The notes under the pieces were generated by a model, which was given only the letters and a program-made list of their open reading frames with translations, ran no database searches and was not told the DNA's origin. 64,000 nucleotides of DNA. Origin: Mizuhopecten yessoensis. Lineage: Eukaryota. The stretch lies in contig NW_018405730.1 of NCBI RefSeq assembly GCF_002113885.1, positions 388,530 to 452,529 of the forward strand, read 5' to 3'. How positions within the stretch are numbered: the first letter of the stretch is position 1; each line of letters begins with the position of its first letter. A program made the translations under genes and the position numbers. Shown here piece after piece: positions 38,345 to 51,700 of the stretch.

Positions 38345-38470
38345 ATTTGGTTTGGTTAAGTTTGATTTAGTTTTGTTTAACGTCCTATTAACGGCTAAGG
38401 TAATTTAAGGACGTGTCTCCATGTGTGTAGTGTATGCGTGCTTGTACACACTTGTGTGTATGCAGGAGAC
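38345..38470 (-). mobile_element. SINE 3' tail fragment
   Basis: Minus strand GTCCTTAAATTACCTTAGCCGTTAATAGGACGTTAAAC followed by (AAACC)-like repeats. Same tail as the SINE at 14515. Confidence 0.7.
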
Positions 38471-38624
38471 ATGGTATTTTGGTGTGATTGGGGATTTGCA
38501 TTGGTGTCCTCTATTTGGGGACACAAAAGCGACCAAAATAAATCTGCTGCACCCATTGCAATATTTGGTATCTTTCTTCCTACTTCTAACTCCCTTTTAT
38601 TTCCTAGTGCCTTGCTTGGCACCA

Positions 38625-38885
38625 CCTCATTTTTGGCCATAATGTTGAGGAAGGCTATGGGTTCTGTCAACAGGCCGGGACATACCAAAGTCCTTAAAAT
38701 TGGTAGTTGATATTTTCTGCTTCACGTTCAGCATTTAGGGAAATGACGACAACTGGTTCACCCGTTGTCAGTATAATGTGACCGGGCGGAATGCTGTGCT
38801 GGGAGCTTTCGGCATGGTATTTCAGTGAGATAGCATTATAAAGTCGGCATCAGATCCGCGCTTTCACAAGGAGACAAGCACGTGT
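38625..38885 (+). mobile_element. Meta-core tRNA-derived SINE (truncated)
   Basis: Degenerate A/B boxes, Meta-like core TAAAATTGGTAGTTGATATTTTCTGCTTCACGTTCAGCA, then CCCGTTGTCAGTATAATGTGACC and CAGTGAGATAGCATTATAAAG. Confidence 0.7.
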
Positions 38886-38924
38886 TTGGAATCTGCTTTC
38901 ATGACATACTTATTCGGAACGCTT

Positions 38925-39205
38925 GGTCGGTTTGATTTCAGGTTCTACTTCCTCGCAAACACTGAGGTCATACAAATGTGGTGTCTACAGATGATCATGT
39001 CACCTTATAGTGCTATCACACTGAACTGTTATAGCCTTGACACGGTGGCATGACAGTCTATCTGATCACATTATACTGACAACGGGCGAACTAGTCCATA
39101 CTGCCAGTCATTCATAACTGAACGTCAGGCAGGGCAGTTTGCCTCGGTCAGGCGAACAGAACCTGTAACCTTCCTGGTTTAGGCCAACGATCAACACCAA
39201 GACCA
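38925..39205 (-). mobile_element. Meta-core SINE, inverted relative to 38625-38885
   Basis: TCACATTATACTGACAACGGG (~39067-39087) and TTATAGTGCTATCACACTG are reverse complements of motifs in the neighbouring copy. Confidence 0.65.
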
Positions 39206-39699
39206 GAAGTGAGGTATTGCTAAGTAAGGAAAACACGAAACGAAAACGTAATTAGAAAGAAGATACAAATAAATTAAATATTGCATTCAGTGAATTAGAT
39301 TTATTTTGATAATTTGTGGTTCCCTAGGCAGGCGCCAAAAAAGAATCCCTACATCCGGGCCATTTCTGCAGGGGATCCCAAACTAGTCTTCTCTTACCTT
39401 ACATCATGAAGTAGAATATTTTCTTTTTTTAATTCTTAACCTGCAAAGGTGCGCTGAGAGCAGTCATTTCATGTTCATGTACTAATTCGAGTAAATCATT
39501 AAGTATAATATGTCTGAAATTTAATAAGCAAATTATTGTATTTACAAACACACATCGCCACGATTATTATAATTATTGTATCATTTTCATGAAGTGGTAT
39601 GCTTTTCTTATAATTTAATCTTTCAAACAATTTATCTCAGCATTAAGATGTGGTATGCATTTGTTTCAGTACCAAGATAAAAAAAAAACGAGGCCTTAA

Positions 39700-39782
39700 C
39701 TCATTCAACGCAGAAATTTCATAATGGACTATTCCAACCTTTGAATTGGAAGAGTTAAACTGTGTATTCAGGGGTGAATGAG
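39700..39782. mobile_element. 83-bp TTAA-flanked MITE (piggyBac-like)
   Basis: TTAA|CTCATTCAACGCAGAA...TTCAGGGGTGAATGAG|TTAA. A second copy in opposite orientation lies at 54457-54538. Confidence 0.8.
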
Positions 39783-41665
39783 TTAATGCAGATATACACC
39801 TAAGTGTTTTGTCATTTGTTGTATCAGCATCAATCATTTGTTAAGTCGACATCTTACAGGAAGTTTGGACCATTAGTTGAAACGGTTAGATACAATATTG
39901 AGCCAAGTTTACGACGCTGCCGAGCTGTCTGTAGGATAGAAAATGGCTGCCCGAGGTTGTATACGTTGAATATTGAATTGCTTTAATAACTTTTATTACA
40001 AGAGGTGTTGAGGTTCTTTGGTAAATGTCTGGCTTCTCCTCGTTCTAATACAAAAATCGGGTCAGGAGGGACGTGTCCTGTCTGGAATTGCCCCCGCACC
40101 TCATATAATATGCTCTAACTCTTCCCCTACTCGGCTGTATCGACTATACCGCACGCTAAAGTGGGTTAAGTGTATTTATCTGTAATATTTGAAACATAAC
40201 TTTTATCGCCCTGTAAACATTTGTAATTGAATTTTTATATTTTATTCATTTTTAAATGTGATTTATGCTACTTTGAAGTACATATATATAAATACATATC
40301 ATGTTCATACATTTCAAAATACATGCAGATATTTTTATAAATCATTATAGATTTTTTGGGGTATTGCACTCGAAAAAGCCGCAAAAAGTGAGTCAGATTT
40401 CAAAGCTCCGTCTATTATTTATGCTGGCTCCAGCGGTACAAACAATTTAATGCGATATATTCATAGGATAGGGCGGATTGTATCCTGGAGAATAAAGAAA
40501 AAGCTAAAGGATTTCTGAAAGTAAATTCCTATAGTGCAAAGTTAAAAATTACTTCCAACTAAAGTTAGTTTCTAAGCACTCATTTCGTGTTTTTCTTGAC
40601 TTAAGGACTCAAAAATTGCTTAGTGTAATATGGAGGCTAAGCTCTTACTTGAACTAGCTAATTAAAGCGGTGAAAAACGCACGGACGTTTTTGAAAGATA
40701 GCAATATCCGGAATCTTAAATTTAGAAATTTTGACAACCTACCGAAAGCCACCTTTTCTCATTAATTGTCTGAGCTGTCGTCTGAAGATCGATGATAAAC
40801 GACAATTGTCGATGGGTTAGTCTGCACCCCGAAGCCTGCGCAGGAAGATAGTCTATAAAGGCATATAGTTTTTGGACTAACACACGGCTGATAGAGGACT
40901 AACTCCCTGGACATTATCAGATAATCGCTCCAGTCTGATCGATTGACAGCAAGGTTTTCAATCTTTGACTCTTTGGCAAAATGTTGGAAGGAAAAAATAT
41001 GTTGTTCTCTCGAAATGTCAAACTTTCAATCTACCGCTTTTAGCTGTTAGTGATTCTTTCAATGTAACAAATAAGTTTTTTTATGATTGCCAAAGGATAT
41101 TTTTTTAAAAAACAAATGAATAATGCTGTTCATCTTGTAAATCTCCTTGATTTGTTATATATGCGACATTTAAGTAGTTCTAAGTGCTGAATGATAAAAG
41201 ACACCTTTATGTACGATATCGATGCTGGCTTTTAAGTCACGGAGATATAACTCTGTTACGTATCACAAGATGTGTAAATATTGGCTGTTTAATCATTTGT
41301 TGAGAATACGGGGGACTTAAGTACACACATATATATGATAGATACATCTTTGTTGACTTTAAAGAAAGATGTCGTTGATCATAAGATATACTTATACACT
41401 TATATGATGGTTGGCCGAGTGCCGAGGTGTCACGTGATAAAGTGTGGCGTGGTCATCGTCACATGAGGGTTGACCCGTACAACCTAGACCTCTACCAAAT
41501 GACGTCCATCATCGCCATGTGTTACAATTCACATCAAAAACATGTGTTCCGCAAAGCCGAAGGGTAGGGTGTCAGTCCACGTGATTAGTTTACTGTACTT
41601 CATAGTCGATAACTTGTGAAGTCACGAAGAATAAACGAGGACAACAATTTGACCGTCTTCCCTCA

Positions 41666-41747
41666 CATTCTCGATACTCAAGGTGTTACGCTCACTTTCG
41701 CTGGAGAGCGAGCGAAAGTGAACGTTACCCCTGGAGTATCGAGGATG
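41666..41747. mobile_element. 82-bp TIR-only derivative of the 2765-3246 family (CAT..ATG, degenerate 9-bp TSD)
   Basis: CATTCTCGATACTCAAGGTGTTACGCTCACTTTCGCT / AGCGAAAGTGAACGTTACCCCTGGAGTATCGAGGATG. Flanks CTTCCCTCA and CTTGCCTCC match at 7/9. Confidence 0.8.
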
Positions 41748-42399
41748 CTTGCCTCCCTTATCACTTTTCATCCGAACTAATTGTGTACACTTCATTTTCA
41801 TGAATATCTACCGTATAAAAGGTGATCTATTACACTCCATATATATTTATTATATAATAGGTCATTAATATCAGTCAATAAATATTAATGTATGTTAGGT
41901 AATTCATAACATTCCAAAATAATATTTACTGTTAGCAGGTTACAACTCTTCATGAATACCTTTTTTATTGTATACAACAGAAAGAGTCTAACTAGCTACA
42001 TTTCAAATATAGATCTAAATCTTACCGACAGTTATAATTTGATTAAGTCAAAGTCGGTCCTATGTCGATGTGACCAAAACTATAGAGGCTTCAAGACGAC
42101 GGGCAAATATTGATAAAGATATAAATAAGAAAACACAACTCACAAAAATATAAAATAAATAATCAGGTAATTGTCATTTCGTAATGTTTCGCACAGTCAG
42201 TCGCCATTAAGACTGTTTGGATGCTGTACACAGCTTTTGTGGGTGCTTACTGATACTAATACGCGACAAGATTCGGTGAACAAATATACCTTGATCCCGA
42301 TGCTTGTTATCAGAGACGACTTATGTGAGACCAGTTACAGAAACACGGTCGACTTCTGTGTTTTCTGCTTCAGGGAAAGTAGATAAACCAAAATCGACC

Positions 42400-42545
42400 T
42401 GCTGCCTCCATTATAACTATTAGAACAATTGGGATCCTCGTTTCCTTTTGTTCCCTACTCCTTCGTATCGGCTGTGTCGTCATAGGCACCCGTCTTCACA
42501 TGACGTACGATGTCGCCAAGATGTTAAACCACACACAAACAAGCG
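42400..42545 (+). mobile_element. Probable SINE/LINE 3' tail
   Basis: ...CACATGACGTACGATGTCGCCAAGATGTTAAACC followed by ACACACAAACAA, an RTE-type GATGTTAAAC tail. A similar tail lies at ~28555-28615. Confidence 0.45.
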
Positions 42546-43182
42546 CTCGTATTTATTACTTGGACCTGGCGTGTCTTTGACGTGCGAGATTAATCTAAGA
42601 CGATTGGAGACTGGTGTGGTTCCTGGAGATGTGGACATTCTATCAATATTCCTAAGGCCATGTTTCATTCGAGTATTTATGCAATGCTGAGCATTTCTGT
42701 CCGCCGACACAGCATATTGATACAAAACTGCAACAACAACAAAAATATGTCGTCTAGAATAATTCCAGTCCATTCCAGACATTTAAAACAAAATGTCAAT
42801 TCCTTTCTAAAGTCTTTCCAGCATGGAAGATATTGAATAACATTCAAGCATTATAATGTACAAAACAGCGTTCTTTCCGGAACATAGGATGTGAAAGTGG
42901 CAATTTGTATGATCATGTCTCGGGCCTTTCCTGATTCAAATGACAATTATCAGGAGGAATGGAATGACAAAGAGGGCGGAAACCATTGTACAGGAAGCAA
43001 CGGGAAATGGTAACAGCTGATTGTTTCGAATAGCGAATATTATTAATACCGTCTGTGTGAACAAAATCACTCACACGATCTCAAAATTATATATTATGCA
43101 AATATTTTGTCGTTTCTATCTCCCCATGTATTTATTTACAATATGACATTTGGTTTTACAACAGCGAACCACTGAAGAGTCA

Positions 43183-43543
43183 GGACGATTGTGTCGAGAA
43201 TTATTTAGGTAAGACGCCGGGCTCATGACTGAAGGGTTGCGAGTTCGACTCACGTCACGGCACTGTGTTGTATCTCTGAGCAAGATACTTTTCTCCGCTT
43301 GTTCCAGTCTATTCAGCTGTAAATGAGAACGTGGTTGGGCAGTGCTAGAATTGTTAAATGCTAGCTGTGAGCGCCGAAATGGCAGCACCGGCTGTATTGT
43401 CCCCAGGGAGTTGAGAAAGATATTGGCTGGTTGCAAAGGCTCTATAACCACGGATAATAATTTGTGAACCGCTTTGAGACGACCTACGAACTAGGTGTTG
43501 ATTAAGCGGTATATAAGAACCTCGAATTATTATTGTTATTATT
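43183..43543 (+). mobile_element. CORE-type tRNA-derived SINE with L2-like tail
   Basis: B-box GAGTTCGACTC, CORE-like TGTATCTCTGAGCAAGATACTTT...CAGCTGTAAATGAG, and tail TGTGAACCGCTTTGAGAC...TAAGCGGTATATAAGAAC + (ATT)n. Confidence 0.8.
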
Positions 43544-46500
43544 TCAATTACATATATTCTCGAGCCTTTCCGGAATAACTCGGAAAAATGTATGCCGGAG
43601 AGTTCCGAAGATGTCCGATCGGGATGATTAGGGTCTTCATCGGTACACATCCGTCTTCTGACAGGAGTAAATTTATTTATTTATTTCAATTCAACAGCCC
43701 AAGGTTCCAATAACAGAATTGATAACAATGATAACAAAAGTATAATAAAATATCACAGATAAATACATACAAACAGTATTAGGAAAAGTGTAGCAATAGT
43801 AATCATCTAAAATTTACCATCTATTATGTAAACCACGTCGTGATGGAATGTCTCAATGTTACACAACACGTCATTCCGTGTCATGACCTGAAGTTGTTTA
43901 CTTGGTATGAAGGTGATGCATGCCTGGCTAAACAAAACAATAACGATAAGGCAATCACAATATTAACCGACATATATTTTTATCAGTTTTTGTGTAGCAA
44001 TTATATCTTTGAATAGATACAATGATAAAGATCAGGAGTGGCTATTGACACACGGGCTAGGTACGCAAATAACGGTTCGTGTATAATAATGAATTTGTGT
44101 TTGATTGTATTTTTTTAATTATTATTTTTATGTATTTCACAAAAGTTGAAATTATTAATCTAACATTAATTTCAGATTGAGCTGACACGTATAGGTGCTT
44201 TATTTTTTTCATACGACGACAAAGAAATTGTAAGTTAATCTGTTTGACGCTGGCAGAATACCGAGTACCAAGTTTCATTGTCGGAACATGTTAAGATAGC
44301 CAATAATAAAAACATCGTTGCAGAATGAATGGGAATATCTGTTCTAAAGGATCCCCGTAACACGAGCAAAAGGTGAAACAATGTATTAGAAACAGTTTTC
44401 CTGTATAACCATAACTTTGATTAATTACATCTGAAAAGAAAACAATACATCCAGGAACTTATTACAAAATCATAATTAATGAAAAAAGTGTAATGAGTGA
44501 AAATGGACCCTGGATCGCCTGTCATTATTTTGGTTCTGAATGACCGGAGTTATTGATGGGCCGTAAAACAATACATTACAATTCATTACAATACATTACA
44601 TTACAATACATTACAAAACATAATTCTTCTTGTTAAATTCTCGCTCAAACGAGCTATGTTCGACGTAGTGCCATGGCCCTGTTGCGCATCAGTGATATAT
44701 AAGATAGCATTGTGTTTTCTAAGGGATCTTACCGTATATTTCATATTTCAGGAAACAGGAAAGCAGTGCTACAGATGATTGCTCGGCCAAACCATCAACT
44801 TTGTAGTATATGGGTATAATTTTTGGGATTGAAACTCTGTGTTCTTGGCTGGTGTTTCATACGACGCCATGCTCCTTTTTTTCTCGAAGATTGCCAAATT
44901 GATAATATTGTCCGTCACGTGACAATTCTGTCTTTACCTCTAAATTGAACTTTGAACTCTAATATAAAATTAAGGTAAATTACATCATATATATTTGAAT
45001 TAAAAAATATTGTTTTGCTTGCAGTGGAACAGTTCTCTACGACGTCTTTCTCGACATACACCGTCATTTGACAAACAAGATGTTATATATTAATTATTAT
45101 AGCATTGATGGTGAACTGGAGATAACATCTTTTACTAATTACTAGTAAGAGTTATTTCCCTTTACCAATAATTTATCTTCGCAGACTCAAAAAATCTGAC
45201 CGGTCGCCTGTATACGGTCAGCTATCGACTGCTCTATAAAACACGGGGATTTGTCGTCGAAATCTGGCGACAGCGATTGTAAGCGTTTTACATGTTTGTT
45301 AGAGAAAATATGTATACCTATATTTATGAAGCGTCGTACCTCCGATAGACGATACCTGAGAATTTGTTTCACAATGTGTAGAGATTATCTCTACCTAGAG
45401 TTGTCGTTCCTGTTTTTTAAATTAGTGAGAGTAAGGAACAATCTGGGGAGAGATTGGTGTACAGAGTGATAGTCGAAGTGTTGTACTTTAGATCAACAAT
45501 CAGCATTTAATGCCTATACAAACACATAGCTGCTGTACCAAGTTCTCAGGTCCCTGTGATTTGACACAAGTTGTTTTGACGATTTTGAACCCGAGACAAA
45601 CAAGAAAGATATACAACCCACCTAATTGTTCTTGGCATGTAACATTTCTCAAACCGTTTTATAAAATTACGTATTAGACAAAAACTTGTGGTTCTGCCAA
45701 TTAGAAGAAACCATCCTACTGCGTTTTCAACGTTTCGCTATCGATTAAAGTATGTATGACTCTAACACATAACTGGCTGCGTAGATAGTTAATGGAATCT
45801 TTTATTTTCCCGTGAGAATTCTCACGTTTAGGGTCAGTAAAGTTACAAGATTCTAGAAACAATATAACCCTAACAGAACGGATCAAATAGTTTCTGCAAG
45901 TATTTCATCATATGTGTTCCTCATCATTAAATTTGGGCTGCTGTGCCCAGAGATTTCATCATCATTATCATCATCATCATCACCATCATTGATGCCGCAC
46001 TATATTTTATTGGACGTCGTAAAGTCCACATCACTATTGGTCATCAGTGTCCATCTCATCATTGGTCATCAGTGTCCAGCTCATCATTGGTCATCAACAC
46101 TTAATCGATTGAATGCCCCTCAGTTTCAGCCACCTCATCGACACCAGAAATAAATCCCCGTCATAGTGAGCCATCGCTAAAATGAGCCATTTCCACTTTC
46201 GTTTTCAGCGACAGAAAATCCTTTGCTAATGCATATGCAAAATTTCCATAAATTGAAAAACACAATTCATCGTCATGTGTCATGTTTCTCAAATTTGGGA
46301 ATAATTTTCGTTTCATTGGTAGGGTGTTTCATCACACCAGCTTTTCAGGAAAAGAACAACTGTTTCGGTAATGTTTCACACAGCTTTCATGATATTGATA
46401 AAATGACACATTTGCAACAGTTGAATTTCGCTGATTTTATTGTTTAGATATAATCGAGGTTAGTTTCAGTCAAAGCAAATTTTGAACTGTCTTTCGTTAG

Positions 46501-47199
46501 TCGAAAGTAACAGGTACCTTAGTATTTTGAATATATTATCAGTACATATATACAAGTGCTGATTGCAATCTAATTAAAATCCTATATCTCGTTTACTGCG
46601 TTCCCTACGATGTGCTATCCAGTAAGATATCAGATTTTAATTAGTCTGGGACTGTATACAAATGCGATTAATGGGATTGTGTTGGCTAGTCTCCTACAAA
46701 TCAGACCAAACAGCTGTTCCACAGAGCCAACAAGATTCTAGTTGCTTCGAATCGGTATGCATGGCTACCGTACATCAGGAATATCTGCGTTACACAGAAC
46801 ACATGCAAAATAACACTGGCTTGTATAAACAGGTGATCTTCCTCAATTAAATAGATCCGATTGATTTTTAAGCCATGATTGGTCTCAGTTGCAGAAATAC
46901 TACTATATATGTAGTCAGGTAGATGCGTATGGCGTTAAAATTTTGAACGATATCAATATTTGTCTCGATGGTTTTGGTTTTATCTGTATCTGCTGGAAAG
47001 GTCATCTCGCAATGCTTTACGTTTGCTCGTATTAACTTTCATGTTTCGATCTAAATTTGTTCATTCTTTTGATTCTTCATCGATTTAATGCTAGCACCAA
47101 CTATAAATATATTTTAAATGACCATTGGTTGTCTTGTGACTATGTTTACTCGTGTAACAGTTCCTTAACCTTTTTTTTTCTTTCGCCAACCCCTGTTCA

Positions 47200-47540
47200 T
47201 GTATCGACGATCTACGGACATGATTCGTCTATCTCCGGTCATGATTCGTCTATCTCCGGTCATAATTGAACAACTTCCGGTCATTATTCGACAATTTCCG
47301 GTCAGCTTTTCACAATCTCTAATCATTATTCGAGAAAATTCGAATCTTTCTCCGACCTGTTTTTGGGAATCGCTCAATACTCAACAAAGCTTCGATCGTT
47401 CTCAACAATAACCGGTCATCATTCTAGAATGTCCGATTGTTCTCCGATGATGTCCTGTCATCTTTCGTTTATGTCTAGTAATTCTTCGTCAGTGTCCAGT
47501 CATCCTTCGACAATTTCCGTCATTGTTCGACGATGTTTGA
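47200..47540. repeat. Degenerate 21-bp tandem repeat
   Basis: TCCGGTCATGATTCGTCTATC-type units, exact at 47218-47262 and decaying to the right. Confidence 0.65.
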
Positions 47541-48749
47541 TCAGTCCGATATTGCTTTGAACAGCAATTTCCTTTCGTCAAAGGGACGTTTGGAGTTAGG
47601 CCTATATTTAGGTACATATTCCAATTTTGCGGTAACAGATTTGTATTTTACCTTCTTTCAGCATATAACATAATTCTAATTTTCCAGTTATTTTGGCTAA
47701 CAACAATGTGAATCAAACTGTTATAGTTTACAGAAGGAAATCAATACTCTTAATTTTACAAGAAATCTTCTCAAAAACAACAGAGTACTCCAAGTTTATA
47801 AACTAATCGATTTTCTCTGATAATGTCCTCTGGTCAGCAATGGTCATCGAGCGGTTCTCTCTAATTAGAACCACGTGCTGTATTACTCACGTACGTATAT
47901 AGATACGTAAACCCGTCAATCGTTTTTGTTTTTATACTCAACTTCTCTCATACCTTCCTTTCCATTCAGTGATCTTCAAACGCAATTGATTTCAATAATT
48001 CATGTTCCGTTTTGTAAGCCCTGATAATAAAATTTGTCTCATGTGGTTCCAAGTTGAAAAGAACATGGTTGAAAGCGTGAGAAAATTGGAAAAGGTAGAT
48101 TCCCACCACCGTTATATCCATATTTGCAGGCTATTACATATTCATTTGTCATTTATGTAAATTATTAATTAAACACTCCAGTCTCTTATTAACTTGCGGT
48201 TTTGTAACGACAATGTGTGTCTGTATTCATTGAAGTGTGGCGATTGGTTGATTTAACGTCATGCATTGTGAGAGATTTGTTGCTATACACTGGTAAATTC
48301 GACGAAGTAATATTTTGTTGAGTTTAAAATTTTAAAACGACAGATATATAATTAATATAGTATTGGTGTTGATGAAGGAACAGTGGGCTATAATTGGCGT
48401 TACATCTTATTTTCTAAAATCAAGCTACTCCGCGAATATCAGTGAATTATCATATTTCTGGAAGGTCAAAGGGAAATAACTCGCATATTTTTTTCAAGCA
48501 GAGTTTCAAGCGTTATCTAGTGCTTATAGCTATTATAATAGCAAGCAACTGTTTCCAATTGATTCTAAAATTAACTGATTAAAACCATTCAAAATTGTAC
48601 CTCAAATATTCAGACATGATTTGCAATGTGCTTTGTTTTCATTTGAATACCTAATTACGTCTGCTATTTTGATGCTTTTTATCACAAATATGTTATACTT
48701 TGTATGGAGCTGTCCTTAAGAATGGTGATTCATTCTTGCTGGTAATATT

Positions 48750-51700
48750 CTAATACTGATTCATGATTGTGATTTGTGAAAAAGACTAACTGTTGTAGCG
48801 ATTGCTCTCTTTGTGATTATCCTAACTGTTGTCCTAAGTGTTGTAGTGACGGTTCACTTTTGTGATTATCCTTACTGTTGTAGTGACGGTTCGCTTTTGT
48901 GATTATTCTAACTGTTTTCCTAACTGTTGTAGTGACTGTTTACTTTTGTGATTATCCTAACTGTTGTCCTAAGTGTTGTAGTGGCGGTTCACTTTTGTGA
49001 TTATCCTAGCTCTTGTCCTAGGTGTTGTAGTGACGGTTCCCTTTTGTGATTATCCTAACTCTTGGCCTAAGTGTTGTAGTGACGGTTCACTTTTGTGGTT
49101 ATCCTAACTGTTGTAGTGACGATTCAGTTTTGTGATTCTTATAACTGTTGTAGTGACGGTTCACGTTTGTGATTATCCTAACTCTTGTCCTCAGTGTTGT
49201 AGTGACGGTTCATTTTTGTGTTTATCTTAACTGTTGTAGTGACGGTTCACTTTTATGATTATCTTAACTGTTGTAGTGACGCATCACTTTTGTGATTATC
49301 CTAACTGCTGTTCTAAGTGTTGTAGTGACAGTTCACTTTTGTGATTATCCTAATTGCTGTAGTGACGGTTCGCTTTTGTGATTATTCTAACTGTTTTAGT
49401 GACGATTCACTTTTTTGATTATCCTAACTGTTGTAGCGACTGTTCACTTTTGTGATTTTCCTAGCTCTTGTCCTAGGTGTTGTAGTGACGTTTCACTTTT
49501 GTGATTATCCTAACTAATACTGATTCATGATTGTGATTTGTGAAAAAGACTAACTGTTGTAGCGATTGCTCTCTTTGTGATTATCCTAACTGTTGTCGTG
49601 ACGGTTCACTTTTGTTATTATCCTAATTGCTGTAGTGACTGTTCACTTTTGTGATTATTCTAACTGTTTTCCTAACTGTTGTAGTGACGGTTAACTTTTG
49701 TGATTATCCTAACTAGTGACGGTTCACTTTTGTGATTTTCCTAGCTCTTGTCCTAGGTGTTGTAGTGACGTTTCACTTTTGTGATTATCCTAACTAATAC
49801 TGATTCATGATTGTGATTTGTGAAAAAGACTAACTGTTGTAGCGATTGCGCTCTTTGTGATTATCCTAACTGTTGTAGAGACGATTCACTTTTGTGATTA
49901 TCCTAACCCTTGTCCTAAGTGTTGTAGTGACAGTTCACTTTTGTGATTATCCTAATTGCTGTAGTGACTGTTCACTTTTGTGATTATCCTTACTGTTGTA
50001 GTGACGGTTCTCTTTTGTGATTATCCTTACTGTTGTAGTGACGGTTCGCTTTTGTGATTATCCTAACTCTTGTCCTCAGTGTTGTAGTGACGGTTCATTT
50101 TTGTGATTATCTTAACTGTTGTAGTGACGCTTCACTTTTGTGATTATCCTAACCCTTGTCCTAAGTGTTGTAGTGACGGTCCACTTTTGTGATTATCCTA
50201 ACTGCTGTCGTAACTGTTGTAGTGACGGTTCACTTTTGTAATTATCCTAATTGTTGTAGCGACGGTTCACTTTTGTGATTTTCCTAACTAATACTGATTC
50301 ATGATTGTGATTTGTGAAAAAGACTAACTGTTGTAGCTATTGCTCTCTTTGTGATTATCCTAACTGTTGTCCTAAGTGTTGTAGTGACGGTCCACTTTTG
50401 TGATTATCCTAACTCTTGGCCTAAGTGTTGTAGTGACGGTTCGCTTTTGTGATTATCCTAACTCTTGTCCTAAGTGTTATAGTGACGGTTCATTTTTGTG
50501 ATTATCCTAACTGTTGAAGTGACGGTTCACTTTTGTGATTTTCCTAACTAATACTGATTCATGATTGTGATTTGTGAAAAAGACTAACTGTTGTAGCTAT
50601 TGCTCTCTTTGTGATTATCCTAACTGTTGTCCTAACTGTTGTAGTGACGGTTAACTTTTGTGATTATCCTAACTGTTGAAGTGTCGGTTCCCTTTTGTGA
50701 TTATTCTAACTGTTGTAGCGACGGTTCAATTTTGTGATTATTCTAACTGTTGTCCTAAGTGTTGTAGTGGCGGTTCACTTTTGTGATTATCCTAGCTGTT
50801 GTAGTGACGGTTCACTTTTATGATTATCTTAACTGTTGTAGTGACGCATCACTTTTGTGATTATCCTAACTCTTGTCCTAAGTGTTGTAGTGATAGTCCA
50901 CTTTTGTGATTATCCTAACTCTTGTCCTCAGTGTTGTAGTGACGGTTCATTTTTGTGATTATCCTAACTGTTGTCGTGACGGTTCACTTTTGTTATTATC
51001 CTAATTGCTGTAGTGACTGTTCACTTTTGTGATTATCCTAAATCTTGTCCTAAGTGTTGTAGTGATAGTCCACTTTTGTGATTATCCTAACTCTCGTCCT
51101 AAGTGTTGTAGTGACGGTTCGCTTTTGTGATTATTCTAACTGTTGTCCTAACTGTTGTAGTGACGGTTCACGTTTGTGATTATCCTAACTCTTGTCCTCA
51201 GTGTTGTAGTGACGGTTCATTTTTGTGATTATCCTAACTGTTGGAGTGACGGTTCACTTTTGTGATTTTCCTAACTAATACTGATTCATGATTGTGATTT
51301 GTGAAAAAGACTAACTGTTGTAGCTATTGCTCTCTTTGTGATTATCCTAACTGTTGTAGCGACTGTTCACTTTTGTGATTTTCCTAGCTCTTGTCCTAGG
51401 TGTTGTAGTGACGGTTCCCTTTTGTGATTATCCTAACTCTTGGCCTAAGTGTTGTAGTGACGGTTCGCTTTTGTGATTATTCTAACTGTTGTCCTAAGTG
51501 TTGTAGTGACGGGTCACTTTTGTGATTATCCTAACTCTCGTCCTAAGTGTTGTAGTGACGGTTCGCTTTTGTGATTATTCTAACTGTTTTCCTAACTGTT
51601 GTAGTGACTGTTCACTTTTGTGATTATTCTAACTCTTGTCCTAACTGTTGTAGTGACGGTTTACTTTTGTGATTATTCTAACTGTTTTCCTAACTGTTGT

